Of a DNA stretch of 64,000 bases, positions 1-13,797 are shown in pieces. Position 1 is the first letter of the stretch. Every line of letters starts with the position of its first letter. The DNA is from Trichoplax adhaerens (taxonomy: Eukaryota; Animalia; Placozoa): NCBI RefSeq assembly GCF_000150275.1, contig NW_002060948.1:3733183-3797182 (forward strand), given 5' to 3'. Position numbers and translations under genes: made by a program. The notes beneath the pieces were generated by a model. The model did no database searches. It was not told the DNA's origin and worked only from the letters and a program-made list of their open reading frames with translations.

Positions 1-1002
1 TAAAGATGAAATAAAAACGTTAAAATTAAAGGTATACCTAGACTTATGATAATAATTATGAAACCCAAAGAAATCTATTATACACAATGAAATCTGTTTT
101 AGACAGCGTTATAAATCTATCGGAATTAAAATAGAGTTAACTATTTACGTAATTCATCAAATGATCTCTGATTTTATTTACAAATATATAGCTCGATAGC
201 AAACCTACCTTGGACCCAAAGAAGTATAATGAAGAAGTATCTTTATTAGAGAATTTACTCCAAAAGGAAAAATCAAAAATAGCTTCTGAAAAAGATGCCA
301 ATAATGAAGTCATTAAAGATATGGCAGCTGTAGCTGCAAAGCTTAAACGTGAGCTTGACCATGTTAAAGCAGTGGCACAAATTGAATCTGAAAAGCAACA
401 AACAACTATCCAATCACTAACTGATGAGCTCGATGCGATTCAAATTCGATGTCGTAGCCAACAAGAAGATCTTAAGAAAGCAGAGAGCGAGGTACCCAAT
501 TTAGTTACAATCATTTCAAGAAAGATTCTTTTTTCACGCATAACTATATCATAGCCCACTCATGAGACTATTACCTCTCAGTAAATGCATTTGACTATTG
601 CAGATTAAATTTTTGCAAGATACTGTTCAACACGAATGTGAAGAGAGATTTGATCTAGCTGAAGCGTTAAGTTCAGCTAGAGTAGAATTGGCAACATTAA
701 AACGAGGATCAAAGATTGGAGCTGCTCGCGATGCTGTTGATCCTTTAACCGATCACGCTTCTTATATTCCAACAAGATCGTCGAAAACTGACTACAACAC
801 TGCTGTCAATAATATCACTAAAGCCACTGGTATTGCAGTAGATGATAGTGTAATATATGCCAGGCCACCATCATCATCAAGATCCAATAAAACACCGAGA
901 AGAAATAATCAAAGTAATGTCGATGACGAAAGAAGGCGAATAGCAGATGCAGTTAGACGTCATTCAGCGGAAAACAAGAACGCTAGTGGAAGGCGATTAT
1001 AA
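1..1002 (+). CDS. LEKR1: 3' part of leucine-, glutamate- and lysine-rich coiled-coil protein (LEKR1-like); gene starts before the window
   Basis: Exons about 1-31, 192-491 and 604-1002, with GT-AG introns. The last exon encodes IKFLQDTVQHECEERFDLAEALSSARVEL, matching the LEKR1 motif LQETVRRECEERFELTEALSQAR from memory. Stop TAA at 1000-1002. Confidence 0.75.
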
Positions 1003-2199
1003 ATTGTTTTATAATCATAAATAGAATCTATTTCAACTTATGAATTCATTTGCTTGTGGTTATCTAGCACATTTTCCATAGCTCTATTTACAGTCCGTTT
1101 TGAAATTCCTGTAATCGAACTTTTTCGAGCTTAAATTGCAAACTGAATTTATCAAAGATGCCCTCTCTTGTTACATCAAAAAATTCATCGGTAGTACAAT
1201 TAATAGAAAATAGAAAATGGGCATAAACAGATTCATAAACTAAACAAGATTGAGAAAACTATGCTCTACCAATTGCTATTACTTTGCTTCAACTATGCAT
1301 ATATATCTACTGTATTTACTTGTTAGAAATCTGTATTTTCAACCTTAAATTTATCATGAACTTACATGTACAGGATTATATTTTATTTTGGTTTTATACT
1401 TATGATACTTTGTATTATAGAAATTTGAAAATAATCCCCAATTCTACGTACACAGTAATTATTTTATCCTATTCGTAGTATAATAAATAAAAGGAAAGTT
1501 ACTATCAAGGCTGTATGAACATCCAAAAGTGCTAAAACTTTCATATATTGCAAATGGAGTACACCTTTTTTATCTAAGCTTAATAATAATGATACTGATA
1601 TCAAACTATTTTATGGCTTATGTAGAAGCAGAAAGTATTTTCATCAATGCTATCATATCAGATATCTACGGCATCTACTAAAATGGAACCCTACCAAGTC
1701 ACTATAATCTTGATCTCAAGAGAATTGCGATCAATATCCTACCAGATATCAATTCTACCACAATATAGAGTATTATTCAATGATGGCTATTGGTCTTTAT
1801 AATGTGGTAACCGCCAAGTTATTCTATACACTTTCTGGCAACGATAATTAAGCATAAAGTTTATACACCTGTTCCATCGCGATATTACTCATAATCCTTA
1901 TATTTGGAATACGTGCATTGAAGACAGTCTATTTACCCGCAATTAGTATATATTATCATAAAGCTACTTATATTAATATACTGTATAATTTACTGATTAT
2001 ACGTGGATTGTGTCTAGCTTCGTTATAGGTTTAACGCTTAATCGTGCAAAATACTCCTTTTACGTTAGCTTGAGCAACAATTTAGTCGAAGGAAGTACGT
2101 TGTGCACCGAAAATGAACAACAGATATAAATTGCTCATTTTGTTGCATCATTTCTTACGTTGATTTAATAGCTAGCCATTCTTTCCTGTACTAGTCAAT

Positions 2200-3350
2200 T
2201 TTCTTATCATTGAAAATTAATCCATTACTATCCAAACTAATCCATTAGAAAGGACACTTTATTTTACATGAAGACAGTTTACTGATAGGCCAGCGATCGA
2301 TTGTCGTCTAATTTCTAATGGTAATTGCACTGCCGATCGATAGAAAAGAATTCTTCTTTATCCAGGATACTTTAATAGAAGGTACACTGAAGTTTTATCC
2401 CGCTAGAATAGATACTTTACTTTACCCAAAATATTAGCAAGAATTGTTTACTCGATTCTATTTACGATAATAGGAATTTAATTTACTGTTACGGTACATG
2501 AGTAAACTTTTTCAGCATAAACTGTAAACACATTTTACTTTTTCTCTCTATTCTAAGCAAATATTGATTTAAAATTCTATATGTCCTAATACCTATGATC
2601 GACATTTATCGTGCCAATCGAACATTGCTTACCAGCAAGTCACTGTAGCTGGTAGCAATCGATTTCATGTTGATAATATAGGATGCAATGATGCTTTGGA
2701 GATTCTATATCTAGTCAATGCATTGCTAATGATATTTACTTATTCCATCTCTTTGATCCTATTTCTTCCGAGTAATAAATTTCGGCAATTCTCGATTGGC
2801 TAGATCGAATACTCATTGTAAAGAGAGCAACTTTTTCTTTCCCTGACCCCTAATGCGTGGATCGATCAAGAAAAAATTGGGAGATATTTTATATGTATTA
2901 AAGTAATCACCGATGAGAATAACTTGTTCCTCATCTTAGTGGAGAAATTCTGTATTGATCAAAATGGAACTTTAAACACTATTCTTTACAATTCTTCTGC
3001 TTAACAAGCATGAAGAAATACAAGATATCGATTATGAGTAAAAGTGCATTGATAAAACTACGGACTAGTTATAACTTGACAATAACTGTAGTATAATAAA
3101 GACTCGACAATTTTCACTGCATTACTTTAAAAATGCCGCCGATAGGATTTTAATTTTTTATAAAAGAGAAGATGCAATTTATTGATTTAATTGGTAGTGA
3201 CCGCAATGATGCTCTGGTTTTCAATACCACTCTCCATCTTTAACAAGGCCATCGATCTAAAATATTAGTCGAACATCCTGCTCATGATGCTTTGCAACTG
3301 CGCTATTATTGCAGTATTTTGCTACTACTGCATTCGAAATCAAGTACCAA
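2200..3350 (-). mobile_element. Decayed Ty3/Gypsy pol fossil (RT-RNaseH-integrase)
   Basis: Minus-strand motifs in Gypsy order, across stops and frameshifts: LVLDF (3336-3350, RT motif A-like), CRVFI (3095-3109, just before the YxDD position), EQVILIG (2909-2929, FLGH-like), DGIS-NIISNALTR (2710-2736, RNase H end N..ADALSR) and PF*WISLD (2230-2253, integrase PFExISMD). Confidence 0.55.
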
Positions 3351-3834
3351 CATTAAATTATTTGAAGGGAGCCTTCATGTTGATGCCATTAAAAATAATG
3401 AAATTCTAACTGAAGAAATGTAAATAAATAAAATCAACTAAAATAGTACAGACATCGGAAGATATTAAAAGCTGCTTCCGCAATATCATGTCCTCTAGGA
3501 ATTATAAAATGATTCTATTTAATTAATATAAGAGAGGTATCGGAAGATAATGCATTTTCAAAAAGTGATTCTACAGCATCACACCATTAATGAGTTATAA
3601 TATCGTATTATTATTTACCGTATAAGGCAAGATTAAATATTATAAGGAAAAAGTTTAGTAATACTGTACAGTAGTTCCGAAAAGTATTTTTCTAGCGGTT
3701 ACATAAATGTGATCTGAGACCCACATTAAATATTTATATAAGCTGCTTTACAATTGCAATCAGCTTTTCATCTTAAATAATATTGTCTTTTAGTCATGAT
3801 CTCAATCTTAGAAATAACATCGTAACTTCCGTAT

Positions 3835-4400
3835 GGATATTTATTAAATAATGATGGCTTAAGATAGGTGAGAAAATCCACCCTTGAAAAATAAATCATA
3901 AGATTTTGTCGGCGGACTAATAAATAGCTTTCTCCGGCGCATATTAATTATTAGAGATACTAGTAAATATCCCGATCAAATATTTGAACGGGCGCATATT
4001 CCACATCAAGCAACATATTAAAAAAAAATTTATAGCTAGATTATCTTACTGTATATGCTTTCTATATTTAATATAAAATCAAAAACTATACATTTTAATT
4101 TTGCAACGATCCTTTTTTCCTTGCTTTATATACAGATTAATCGGCGTAGTACGTAGTAAGATAATTTCTTTTCGAAGGAATTACTTCCAAATTATAGGAA
4201 ATATCTTTAATAAAACTCAAAATGAGTTATAAGACTAAAGCACTCCTCTAAGGATATATCCTGGTATTTATATCGGCATTTGCAGCTAATTAGTTATATC
4301 GGCTAATTGATCGCTAATAGTGGTCATAATATTTATATGCAAAACATCATCAATATCATAGACTCTCAGAAATCTTAGCGCCTTAAATCTAAATTTTCAC
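3835..4400 (+). mobile_element. Decayed Gypsy RT-thumb/RNase H fragment
   Basis: GYLLNNDG (3835, LGxxIxxDG-like), SFL(G)..NY (3926, RSFLGxxNY-like) and LYTD..GV (4126, LxTDASxxGxG-like), in the expected order with frameshifts. Confidence 0.4.
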
Positions 4401-6599
4401 GGAAAATCTAGAGCAATACACTCTAAACCTTCAGAAAGGATTATAGTCTACTGTATATTATAATTGCAACTGTGACTACATCCCCAAATTTATTGACAAT
4501 TTAGACTGCAAATAATAATAATTTACTGATCATAAATGAGCGCCCACCTTACTCTAATGGAAATCTTAATTAATCTGTACTATTTCCATTATTGATTAAT
4601 CTCTTCTCACGCCTGGTTGAGAAGACTGAATTAATAATCGAAATACATTATTAACTGGTGTTTTAGTAATTATAAAAATTATATCGATGAAGGCTAGTAG
4701 ACTATAATTGATTTAAATTAATCAACCATGTGGTGCCGATGCATGATTCCAATAAGTTAAACCAGACAATGTCTAAATATAATTGCATTTACAAGCGTCT
4801 ATGTTTTCTTGACCACAATTTTAATTTAAAAGTTAAAAAAATGTAGAAAATTTTAATTTTTGGTTCAGTCTCAATCCTTGGTTCCTAGGATATTATTTGA
4901 TTCCATCTTCGTATCTATCTCAGTTTTTAAGGTCATTTTGTCTTCTCAGTCTTATTCAATATAACCTTTATTCTTAAGGCTAAATTTCAATTCCTCCTTC
5001 GTATTTAAAAATAAAATATGAATTAATAATTAAAATTGATCAAGAATGAAGATCATGTCTATCTCAGTTTTTACACCATTGTTACTCAATTAGCAACCAA
5101 ACTAATAATAATACTTTCTTCTGAGGACTCAATTTTGATTCCTTCTTCATATTTGGAAAATAGGGTAACCATTAATAATTAACATTAATCAGAAAATAGA
5201 TCATCGCAGCTTTTCCGCGCTATTTTTACTCTTCTACTTATTTATGCTGCTGAGATAAAGATAATTGAATAACGTAAAGAAAGGGACAATTTATCGACGT
5301 ACGAGTATTATCTAAAACAGTTATCCCGTCAAGGAATAGCAACAATTTGGCTCACCCAACTATTATTATAATCCATCGATTTATAGTCACATATTGACAT
5401 TAATTTGATTTTACTTGTATCTGCTATGTTAAATGAATTATAAGAACTTTATTATTTCCTAAATTGAAAATTGAATACATATACAATCATAGTAGCGTAG
5501 TAGTAGAGTATATGCAAATTGCATAGATAATAGAAATAATCGACGTATTCCACTTAATTAATTCTATCTTCAAGTTCGGGTTAAATTCATAATTAGGCAG
5601 TTGGCCCAGTGGGCCAATAATGTTTGTATAAATTGAAATAATAAAGTATTATCAAAGATATTGTAGCCATCCTATAATTTTCATTAATTTACTATCGCAT
5701 GTTTCGAGATATTATATGGATAACAATGATTAACAGCAGTCATGATAATGTCCAGGGCTATATTGACATTTGTCCGATGGAAATGAACTGAACACCATCT
5801 TAACCATTCTTGATAGAATGTTATTGGCGTTAAGGAAGAGGAACACTTTACCCCTCTATATGTATTGCCCTAAGTCCTATTCCTGGAAAGACATTTTAAC
5901 ACCAGGTGCTGCAGCTGTTTTTTTCGACAATCTATTCATGGTTGATTTAAGTAGATTGTCAATATTTTTTTAACTCAATACAACTTTATTGATTATTTTA
6001 TCTCTCTGTTAATATCATAAGAAACAATATTAAAAAGAATCAATTTGATTAGTAGTGTCCGCACCATAGCAGCAATATATTTAAAAATAAAAAAATAGCA
6101 AGTATAATGCTAATCGAGAACTCGGTATCGAATTAGTCATGTTATCCTTTGGTAGCTAATTTTAATTTAAAATTACAAAAGGAAACCAATGTAAAACTCT
6201 GTATGTAGCTTTTATCAAGTTTTATATTATAATAAAAAATGTATTTAAATATGCTCGTCTGCATAAGCTTTAAGTTTCTCAACCTTTTTATTAGTGCATA
6301 TATTGTAAAGTAGGTCTTTAAATAAAGATATAATAATAATCATGATAAAATAGTGGAAGTTGAATTTGGTATCATATCGTTAATTAATTTTTTCTTTTGC
6401 AACTACCTCCAAGGTCATTTTAGAATTGGCTTGCTAAAGCAAACGAATGGCGAGTCTATGTTTGCAAGTTTTAGTTGAAATTTAATTTTATAAAATACCG
6501 ATGTAGTGGTAAGCAAAAGTGTGAGATTCGAATATCTCAAGCTATGCCAACAAATATTTTATATATTAAACAAATACTTTATATACTACAATTCTGTTA

Positions 6600-6972
6600 G
6601 TTCTTTAATTGGGATACAATAATGGCTATGATAGGACAATATGAAGCAGAATAGATACAAGATATTTTTATTACTTGGAGATGTAAAAGAGCTGAGATAG
6701 CGGGAATATTAGGTCTTCAAAGGGATACAATGATAATTATAAAGCAGAACAATTCAGTATCGTATCAGTAATTTTTCCTTTTATAAGTACGTGCAATATC
6801 ATTTTAAAATAAGTAAAGCAAATAAATAGCAATGGAAATAGATATTATGTTTATTAGGTCTTTAACGGGATATAATGATAATGATGAAGCAGAATTCCGT
6901 ATCATATCAATATTTTTTCCTTTTACAGTTACGCCCAATGTCATTTTAAAATTAGTAAAGCAAATAAATAGA
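6600..6972. repeat. Degenerate tandem repeat, about 146-bp unit
   Basis: gggata(c/t)aatgataat...aagcagaa...atcattttaaaat.agtaaagcaaataaatag recurs at about 6722 and 6868, with a partial copy at 6611. Confidence 0.8.
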
Positions 6973-7029
6973 AATTTATGTCTGCAATGTTATTCTCGAG
7001 ATTTAATATTATAAAATATCGCTACAGCT

Positions 7030-8150
7030 ATACGTATAAGTATACAAAATTTTCTTAATTTCCATCTACATCTACATATACCTAAACTACTTGAAATTAA
7101 ACTTAAATAATATGTCTAGTAGCTTTCATTTATCGAAAACGATATAACTCTATTGATGTGGTAGCAATGAATTCTAATTTCCGGTATTAACCTTTTAATA
7201 GAGTAGCACGAGGTATAAACAAAATAGAACATAGTCATGTAGCTCATAGATAGAAAGGGAAAAATCGACGCCTTGGAAAGTCTCTTTCTATTTGTATAAC
7301 ACTTATAACGGTATCCATTAGACAAGTACAGGCATGAAATAAAATTTTTCTAGTATTTTCCTAGAACACTTGAATAGCTCTTAACGAATAGAATTATTGC
7401 ATCGGAATGGATAGAATCTTGCTATTCATTGGTATAAAAGCAGCTATACCTAAATTTAGAGCATCATGACGCAAGTATATAACGACGTTAATTGGACAAG
7501 CGTGACGTAAGCTAAAAAATTTTTCAACCATTTCTGAACACTATGAATATCTAACGATTTGCTGATGATTGATTTGTAGAAACAGTAATCTTGACACTGG
7601 AAAAGACTGCCATTTCAGTAAGTAGAATTTATTGGTATATTCATAATGTACGCTGAACAAATTTTAGAGTATAACTAGATCGACGAATCATCCATTGGCT
7701 AACGGTAGGGTTCATTTCTAATACCTCAAAATAACTGAAATTTATTCACAATACTCATAATCTAAACTACTCCTCCCTGCTATTAATTAATCATCTTCTA
7801 GTGAATGTAAGCCGGTAAAGTTGATTTTGTTATTATCAAAAGTGTAGAAAAGATTCCTTTTTTTTACTTTTTTCCCTTCTCACAAGCAACCTTTACTTTT
7901 CTAACACCTTCCTACTCAAAATTAACGTTCCGATCAATTCCAGTTTATTCTCATATGTGATTGGTATCTTTTGGCAATAGCAATGTTGACGCATTTGTAT
8001 ATCTATCATAATGGATATGATATATAGTTAAATCCAAGGCTAACGGACGCTTTATTGTGCTAATGGTTGATGAAAACCATCTGTTATGTCCTATTATATA
8101 ATATTATGAACAATCTACGTGTAGCCTAGTGACGATGAGTCTGTTTCCAA
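7030..8150 (-). mobile_element. Decayed Gypsy-type integrase fossil (H2C2 plus rve core)
   Basis: Minus strand: GNRLIVT (8128-8148), CYCQK (7968-7982), NEPYR*PMD (7690-7716), YIMNI, KWQSFPV (7595-7615), TNQSS, MVEKFFSLRH (7502-7531), TSCYS and ILYTY. These are collinear with integrase motifs RLVVP / CxxCQ / PFxxxxMD / YILT..KW.EAFP / F.RHG / TxYxP / LFAY. Confidence 0.5.
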
Positions 8151-8214
8151 GTTGGACAGCTTTATCTCCATGCTTAGAAAAAATTGCTTTAGCTTAATGA
8201 TGATCAGATGATGC

Positions 8215-8782
8215 AGAATTTCATTTTGGAGCTTCTTATATGCTTACAAAATTCTATAGGATAATTTGGTTACAATAGATCCATTTAGATATTAGCACGA
8301 TAATCACAATACGATTCAAAGTTTTATCTTGTAGCTAATTATATACTTAGAAAAATTCTGCGGGATTACTTAGTTACGATAGGTCGATTTAGATATTGGC
8401 TTGATTATAATCATCATAATATGATTCAAAGTTTCATATTGTAGCTTGTTATATGATAGTAAAAAATTCTACTGTATGACTTAATAATATCAGATCGATT
8501 TAGGTATTAACTTGATCATCATATGACTCAAGTTTCACTTTGTAGCTAATTATTTGGTTATAAGAAATTTCGATTGTATAACTTGATTAAGATAGGTCGA
8601 TATAGACTTTAGCTTGATTATCATTATATAATTTAAAATTTCGTTATATAGCTTATTATATGCTTATAAGAAGTTCTACGGGATAACTTAGTTCGATAAG
8701 TCGATTTGGATATCAGATTGATCATCTTAATACGATTCAAAGCTTTATTTTGTAGCTTGTTATATGCTTATAAAGAATTCTG
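8215..8782. repeat. Minisatellite, about 100-110-bp unit, about 5.5 copies
   Basis: Unit gtagctt.ttatatgctta..aa.aattct.cgggataacttagttacgataggtcgatttagatattagcttgatcatcataatacgattcaaagtttt starts near 8229, 8331, 8441, 8542, 8648 and 8752. Confidence 0.92.
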
Positions 8783-8784
8783 CC

Positions 8785-9470
8785 GGAGGGACAGTAATTA
8801 GGAGGGGAACAGAAATTGATTAACTGTCTGTAAATACTACGATACTGTAAGACAATTATGAAGAGAAAATAGATTTCGATATTTTTCCTTTTCATCCTAT
8901 TTAGCTGATTGATATTTCTGGTTAACTTGACGGACAGCGTTAAATCAATTTTTGTTGAAGGGATAGTAGTTATGAGGGAAAGAAAATTAAACTAATGTCT
9001 GTAGGTAGTATGATTTTGAGGCAAAAATATATTTCGCTGTATCTCTTTTTTGGTCATATTGAATTTGTTATTCCTTTTCCAACTTGATGATAGTATTCCC
9101 AAGCTATTCCAACAGATCTGCATACTTGTAGAGATCGTCCCTTCATGGTAGAATCAGATATGACTCCTTGAATTATTTATAACTATCCTATAAGCGATTC
9201 CAATCGATCTGTGTCGTAGTAATCCCTCAATATACTCTATTATAATAGTATCAACATGACTCATGAAATCTTCTGTAACTATCCCATAAGCGATTCCAAT
9301 CGATCTGTGTCATAGTTATCCCTCAAGGTAGAAACAACATGACTCATGAAATTTTTTACCAATATTTAACAAACAATTCCAATAGATTGGTATCGGCGTA
9401 GTCTTATAATAGTAGAATTTAGGCATTATTCATGGAATCCCAAATCTTTCGTAAACTATTCCTACGGATT
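8785..9470. repeat. Two further degenerate tandem arrays (about 173 bp x2 and about 85-95 bp x4)
   Basis: aggga.agta.tta.gagg...tgtctgta at 8788 and 8959. ataagcgattccaatcgatctgtgtc.tagt.atccctcaa...aacatgactcatgaaat repeats across 9100-9470. Confidence 0.8.
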
Positions 9471-9929
9471 AAATTACCTATACAAGTTTGTGTGTTATAA
9501 TTCTTTTTATTTCATAACTAAAGATGACTAATTTAATTAGTCATTATTATTAAACCATTTTTCTTAATCAGTCGAAAATATAACAGCCTACTTCCTATAA
9601 ATGATTCAAAATTTTTTATTTCATTTTCCATTAATAATAAAAAAGGGGGTAAATAATATCAGTTACTCTTTGACCAAGACCAATATTAATAAATATTATG
9701 CAAACGATGTAGACTGTAATAATATCTTAATTAAACGATGACATGGTGTACCTAACGGCCTAGCTAGCATCAATCATGCTCAAGAAGGGATACTATTAGA
9801 AACGAAGTGAATTTTAAATTAAAATAGTATCACTAAAGTGTAGCAAAAAAATGGCTAAAAGAAAATAAAGAGGTGAATAAAATGGGCTCTGTCTTGTTAC
9901 TAACCTATCAATTCCGGTAGTAGTAGTAG

Positions 9930-11710
9930 TTGATGCAATCTTGGCTATCTGATTTCATCTACAACTCCCTCTGGAGGCGTACTAATTGATTTTTTCCTTT
10001 CCATGTCGGCACATTATTTTATAATGATACATATTACCTTTGAACTCTCTATATTAAGTTACAGCAATTCACCAATATCCTTCACCAGAACGAAAATCTT
10101 ATCCGCTGTTGGCTTAATAGGATTAATATTTGATTTTATTTCTCAACTCTTTGAATTCTAGGTTCGTTAGCAATTGCTAAAGAGATTTTATTCTCTTACC
10201 AGCCATAACTTGAATAGGACAATAAAGATATTTTAATCTTCGTTTGCTATAGCCTATCTATTTCTATGTTAGCACCTAGTCGATATTCAAGTTACAATAT
10301 GCATCATTCTATGGACTTTCTCCAATCCAATGATAAATTCATTTCCAATAGCATAATTTCCATTTCATTCTATTCTCCTGTCCTTTACTATATTCTGTTG
10401 AGTTGATAGAATAGGAATACAGTTCTATTCCATTTTTCCGACATAAATTATGAAAGGCGTAGAAATTAACTGATTAAAATTGTACTACTGACTCTACTCC
10501 TTAACTTTTTCATATTTCTAATTGGATAGAACATAATTCTATTTGAAGCTTTTAATGAAAATTTAAATATCTCAAAAAATTTTTAAAGTAGATCCAATAT
10601 CATCATATGTCCTATTCTAATCTGTATGATATTGGCGAATAAAACTCTTAAATGAAAACTAACTCAATACAAGATAGACTGCTGCTTCTATTCTAATTCA
10701 TGAAGGAATAATATACTGAAATAAAAATAGTTCATGACTTAGCTAAGCAAATAGATGGAAAAAAATACGATCTCGATCTGTGTGACATGACTACTAGAGC
10801 TATTAAAATAAAATAATGGCTTTGCACAATACAAAATGGATAGCCACTTTATTGATTTAGAAATTATAGATTGAAATGGCAAAGGGTAAAACCTAGTCAA
10901 TCATCGATATAAAAAAGGAAGATGGTATTCTAGTCTATTCTCTTATGAGCTCCAAGGATAAAACGAATCCATTCGTAATACCTAGATTAATCTAACAAGA
11001 GATTGCATTTTACTCGCATTCCCTACGAGTGAAAGAAGAAATAAAAGCAATATTAACTAGCAGGCATTTCTAATGAAGTACAATGAAGGAAAAACAGGAT
11101 TCTTGGTGACCAAGATTTGATTGATGGGTATAAAAGTTCATCACCTTTTCCTTCCAATCGATGAGAACAGTAGGTATTCTGAATGATTGAATACGCTAGA
11201 AATAGATGGACTGAGAAAACTGACAGACTCCCTTGGTAAAATTCATGTATAATTCATTAATTTTTTGAAGTAACTAGCCAATTTCCCTTCATTACTTGAT
11301 AATGAAAATAGCTGTACTATTGATTTGTTAGGTTATAGAATAATTGCTACATATTCAAGGGTAAATCGGTGATAATAGTCGAGACGAAGATAAAAATAAC
11401 CAACATTGTATTATTATTCAAGGATATCAATATTGTCTGATTCTATCAAATAGGCGTCAATAAAAATTTAAGAATAAAATGGAAGTATACGGACATCTTT
11501 ACTGATCTAATTCTTTCAAAGGATGACAATGATTTTTACTTTAGGATTCATTGATAATGAAATTGTATTCAACAAGATAAAATAGAAATGGCAACATCAA
11601 TCGATTTGAATGAAAATCCCATAAATAGAGATGGCGCAGCCCATACTCTTATGATCTATAGATGAAATAAAGAAAAGTGGTGCAAGTTATTGTTACATTG
11701 GATCTATTTA
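9930..11710 (+). mobile_element. Decayed Ty3/Gypsy pol fossil (RT remnant, RNase H remnant, integrase)
   Basis: TTPSG (9961, RT FxTPxGxY-like) and TDSTP (about 10487, TDHxPL-like). One frame at about 10876-11090 reads KKEDGILVYSLMSSKDKTNPFVIPRLI*QEIAFYSH...RHF**STMK (H2C2 region, YWWPxM with WW lost to stops). Further on: GKIHV (about 11235), GYQYCLI (11423) and KEKWCKLL (about 11668). Confidence 0.55.
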
Positions 11711-11926
11711 CTTGATCCAATAAGGAGTTGTTGAAAAAGGTATTCATAGCATTCCTTGAGTAATTAAAAAGTGGGCAGATGATTGCAATCTTGTCATACA
11801 ACTTGATTAATCATGACGGTAACATCCCTTGCTCTTCTCTAACCCAGTTGAACAAACATCGAACATCGAAAAGTGGAAAAGAAGAAGAAAAAGGTAATTT
11901 TCTAGAGAATACTCAATTCGCCAAGG

Positions 11927-12365
11927 CATTTAGCCACCGTTAAGCTTCCATTTTTGCATGCTTTTGCAAGGATATTCGTCTTGATCAGTTCTTTCCTCCA
12001 GGACAACTTGGGGTCCCTTTTCTTTTAATTTATGCTTAAACTACAAATTTTTTATGCTATTTTGGTTCGAAGAGGAGTTCTATAGCATAGAAGAGAGTGA
12101 ATTTACAATTAGTAAATATCTTCTTTCATCCTGCTATCATTAACTAACCACGGTATGCTCGATCCACCATGACATTTAGCTATTGTCAAGCTCCATTTTG
12201 CTTGCTTTTGTAAGGATATTCGTCTTTATCAGCCCTTTTCTACAGGATAACTTAGAGTTGCTTTTATTTCAATTCGTGCTTTAAATCAAAAATTTTTCCT
12301 ACTTCGGTTTGAAAGGAGTTCCATGGCATGAAAGAGAGCGAATTTGCAAGTCGTGAACATCTTGT
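11927..12365. repeat. Direct duplication of about 246 bp
   Basis: catttagc...aagct.cattttgc.tgcttttg.aaggatattcgtctt.atcag at 11927 and 12173, with similarity running about 195 bp. Confidence 0.85.
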
Positions 12366-12775
12366 TTTATTATTTTAAATGGGCATGGAATATAGACAGT
12401 TTCAAAATGACATAACCAAAGCGGATAAATAACTTCGCCAATGAATGTAGTAATCTTATACAAAAATTAATAATAGCTTAAAATTTTTTTCCATTACTGT
12501 TTATTCTAATCTTCAATAGCATCGAAGAATTATTCTTTACTTGTAATAATAATTGCTAATATCGATCGTGGTGCTTAGTAATCCATTTACTTACTGATCG
12601 GGTTTGTACGGCTGAAAATGAACCCCATATAATTTTAAAACAGCTTATTGCTCCTTGAATTTTACCACAAATCAGATCCAACATCAACGCGTTATTCACT
12701 GATATTAAAAAAAAGTTGTCTAATATTGTAAATAACGTTTCCTTAGCGGTAATTTCTATTTGTATATCGAAATTC

Positions 12776-12925
12776 TTACTGCTTCTACATCCCTAGCCCA
12801 GATCAAATCGGGGAAAAAAATGTCCAGCTCTACAGGTTAATCGATAGCAAATCTACTACTTCTACTTCTACATCCCTAGCCCAAATCGGAAAAAATATCT
12901 AGCTCTACAGGTTAATCGATAGCAA
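12776..12925. repeat. Near-perfect tandem duplication, about 80 bp
   Basis: cttctacatccctagccca...aaatcgg.aaaaaat.tc.agctctacaggttaatcgatagcaa occurs twice. Confidence 0.9.
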
Positions 12926-13797
12926 TCGCTTCATTTAATCCACTTTCCGTGTTTTCAATTTTTCATTTGAACAGCAATCAATTTGTTTTTCCTCTTATTT
13001 GTTGATTACATCCAATCGGTGCTATTTAGATACCATAATGGCAATTATTTAAACTTAATTAGCAATATTAATCAGCAGGCGATGGAAACGATCAACGATG
13101 GTTACTATTTTCTCCATCTACCCTAGGCAAATTAATCATTCTAGTTTTATGAGGATAGACATACAGTTAATCTTGATTTTCTTTTCTCCATCTTTGAACT
13201 GATTAAGAATGCAATTTTAATTTTCACTAATTAGGTCATTAGCTCAGCATAATTAGCCTGGAAACTTTCAATTTTCAACCATAATTTAGCGTACAATTCA
13301 ATTCTTTCTGCGCAAACTGAATGTTTCTTTCTATTTTTATTATGATGACATTAGCAACGTTGCATCTGTCATCGTTGCGCCATCCTATTCGATCATTAAG
13401 GCATATGGGAAAGTGCAGAGGAAACACCTATTAAAATTAACGACATATCAAGCAACGATTGTTGCGACATTAGTCCTGTCTAGTGCATAAAAGTGAAAAA
13501 AAGCGTGTCGCTATATCTTGGGATATCGTTAAGGAAGCTGCTGACGGCCATCGTAGTACAAAAGTAATTATTTCCAATTCGAGTCTGACGTTGCTAGTCC
13601 TTTCTAGATCATTAGAATCGCCGTCTCGATTGGAATTTAGTCTTACCGTCCTTGACTATCGTTGGCTTTAATTGAACGGGTTTCATCGTTGATTGAAAGA
13701 TTGAATAGGCTCAAGGTGCCATTTCTGATCCTCAAAGTAAAGATTTGTTTGGAGAAGAAACCTTTAGGTTATTGTATTGATATCCGTAGATTGCATA

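Noticed and set aside
3150-3350. AAA-ATPase-like words on the minus strand (LMLVLD, SIIAVTTN)
   Set aside because: No Walker A motif, and the segment fits better as the RT part of the collinear Gypsy fossil.
6498-6550. tRNA-like A/B-box words (tagtggtaag, gattcgaat)
   Set aside because: Too short, with no acceptor or anticodon stems.
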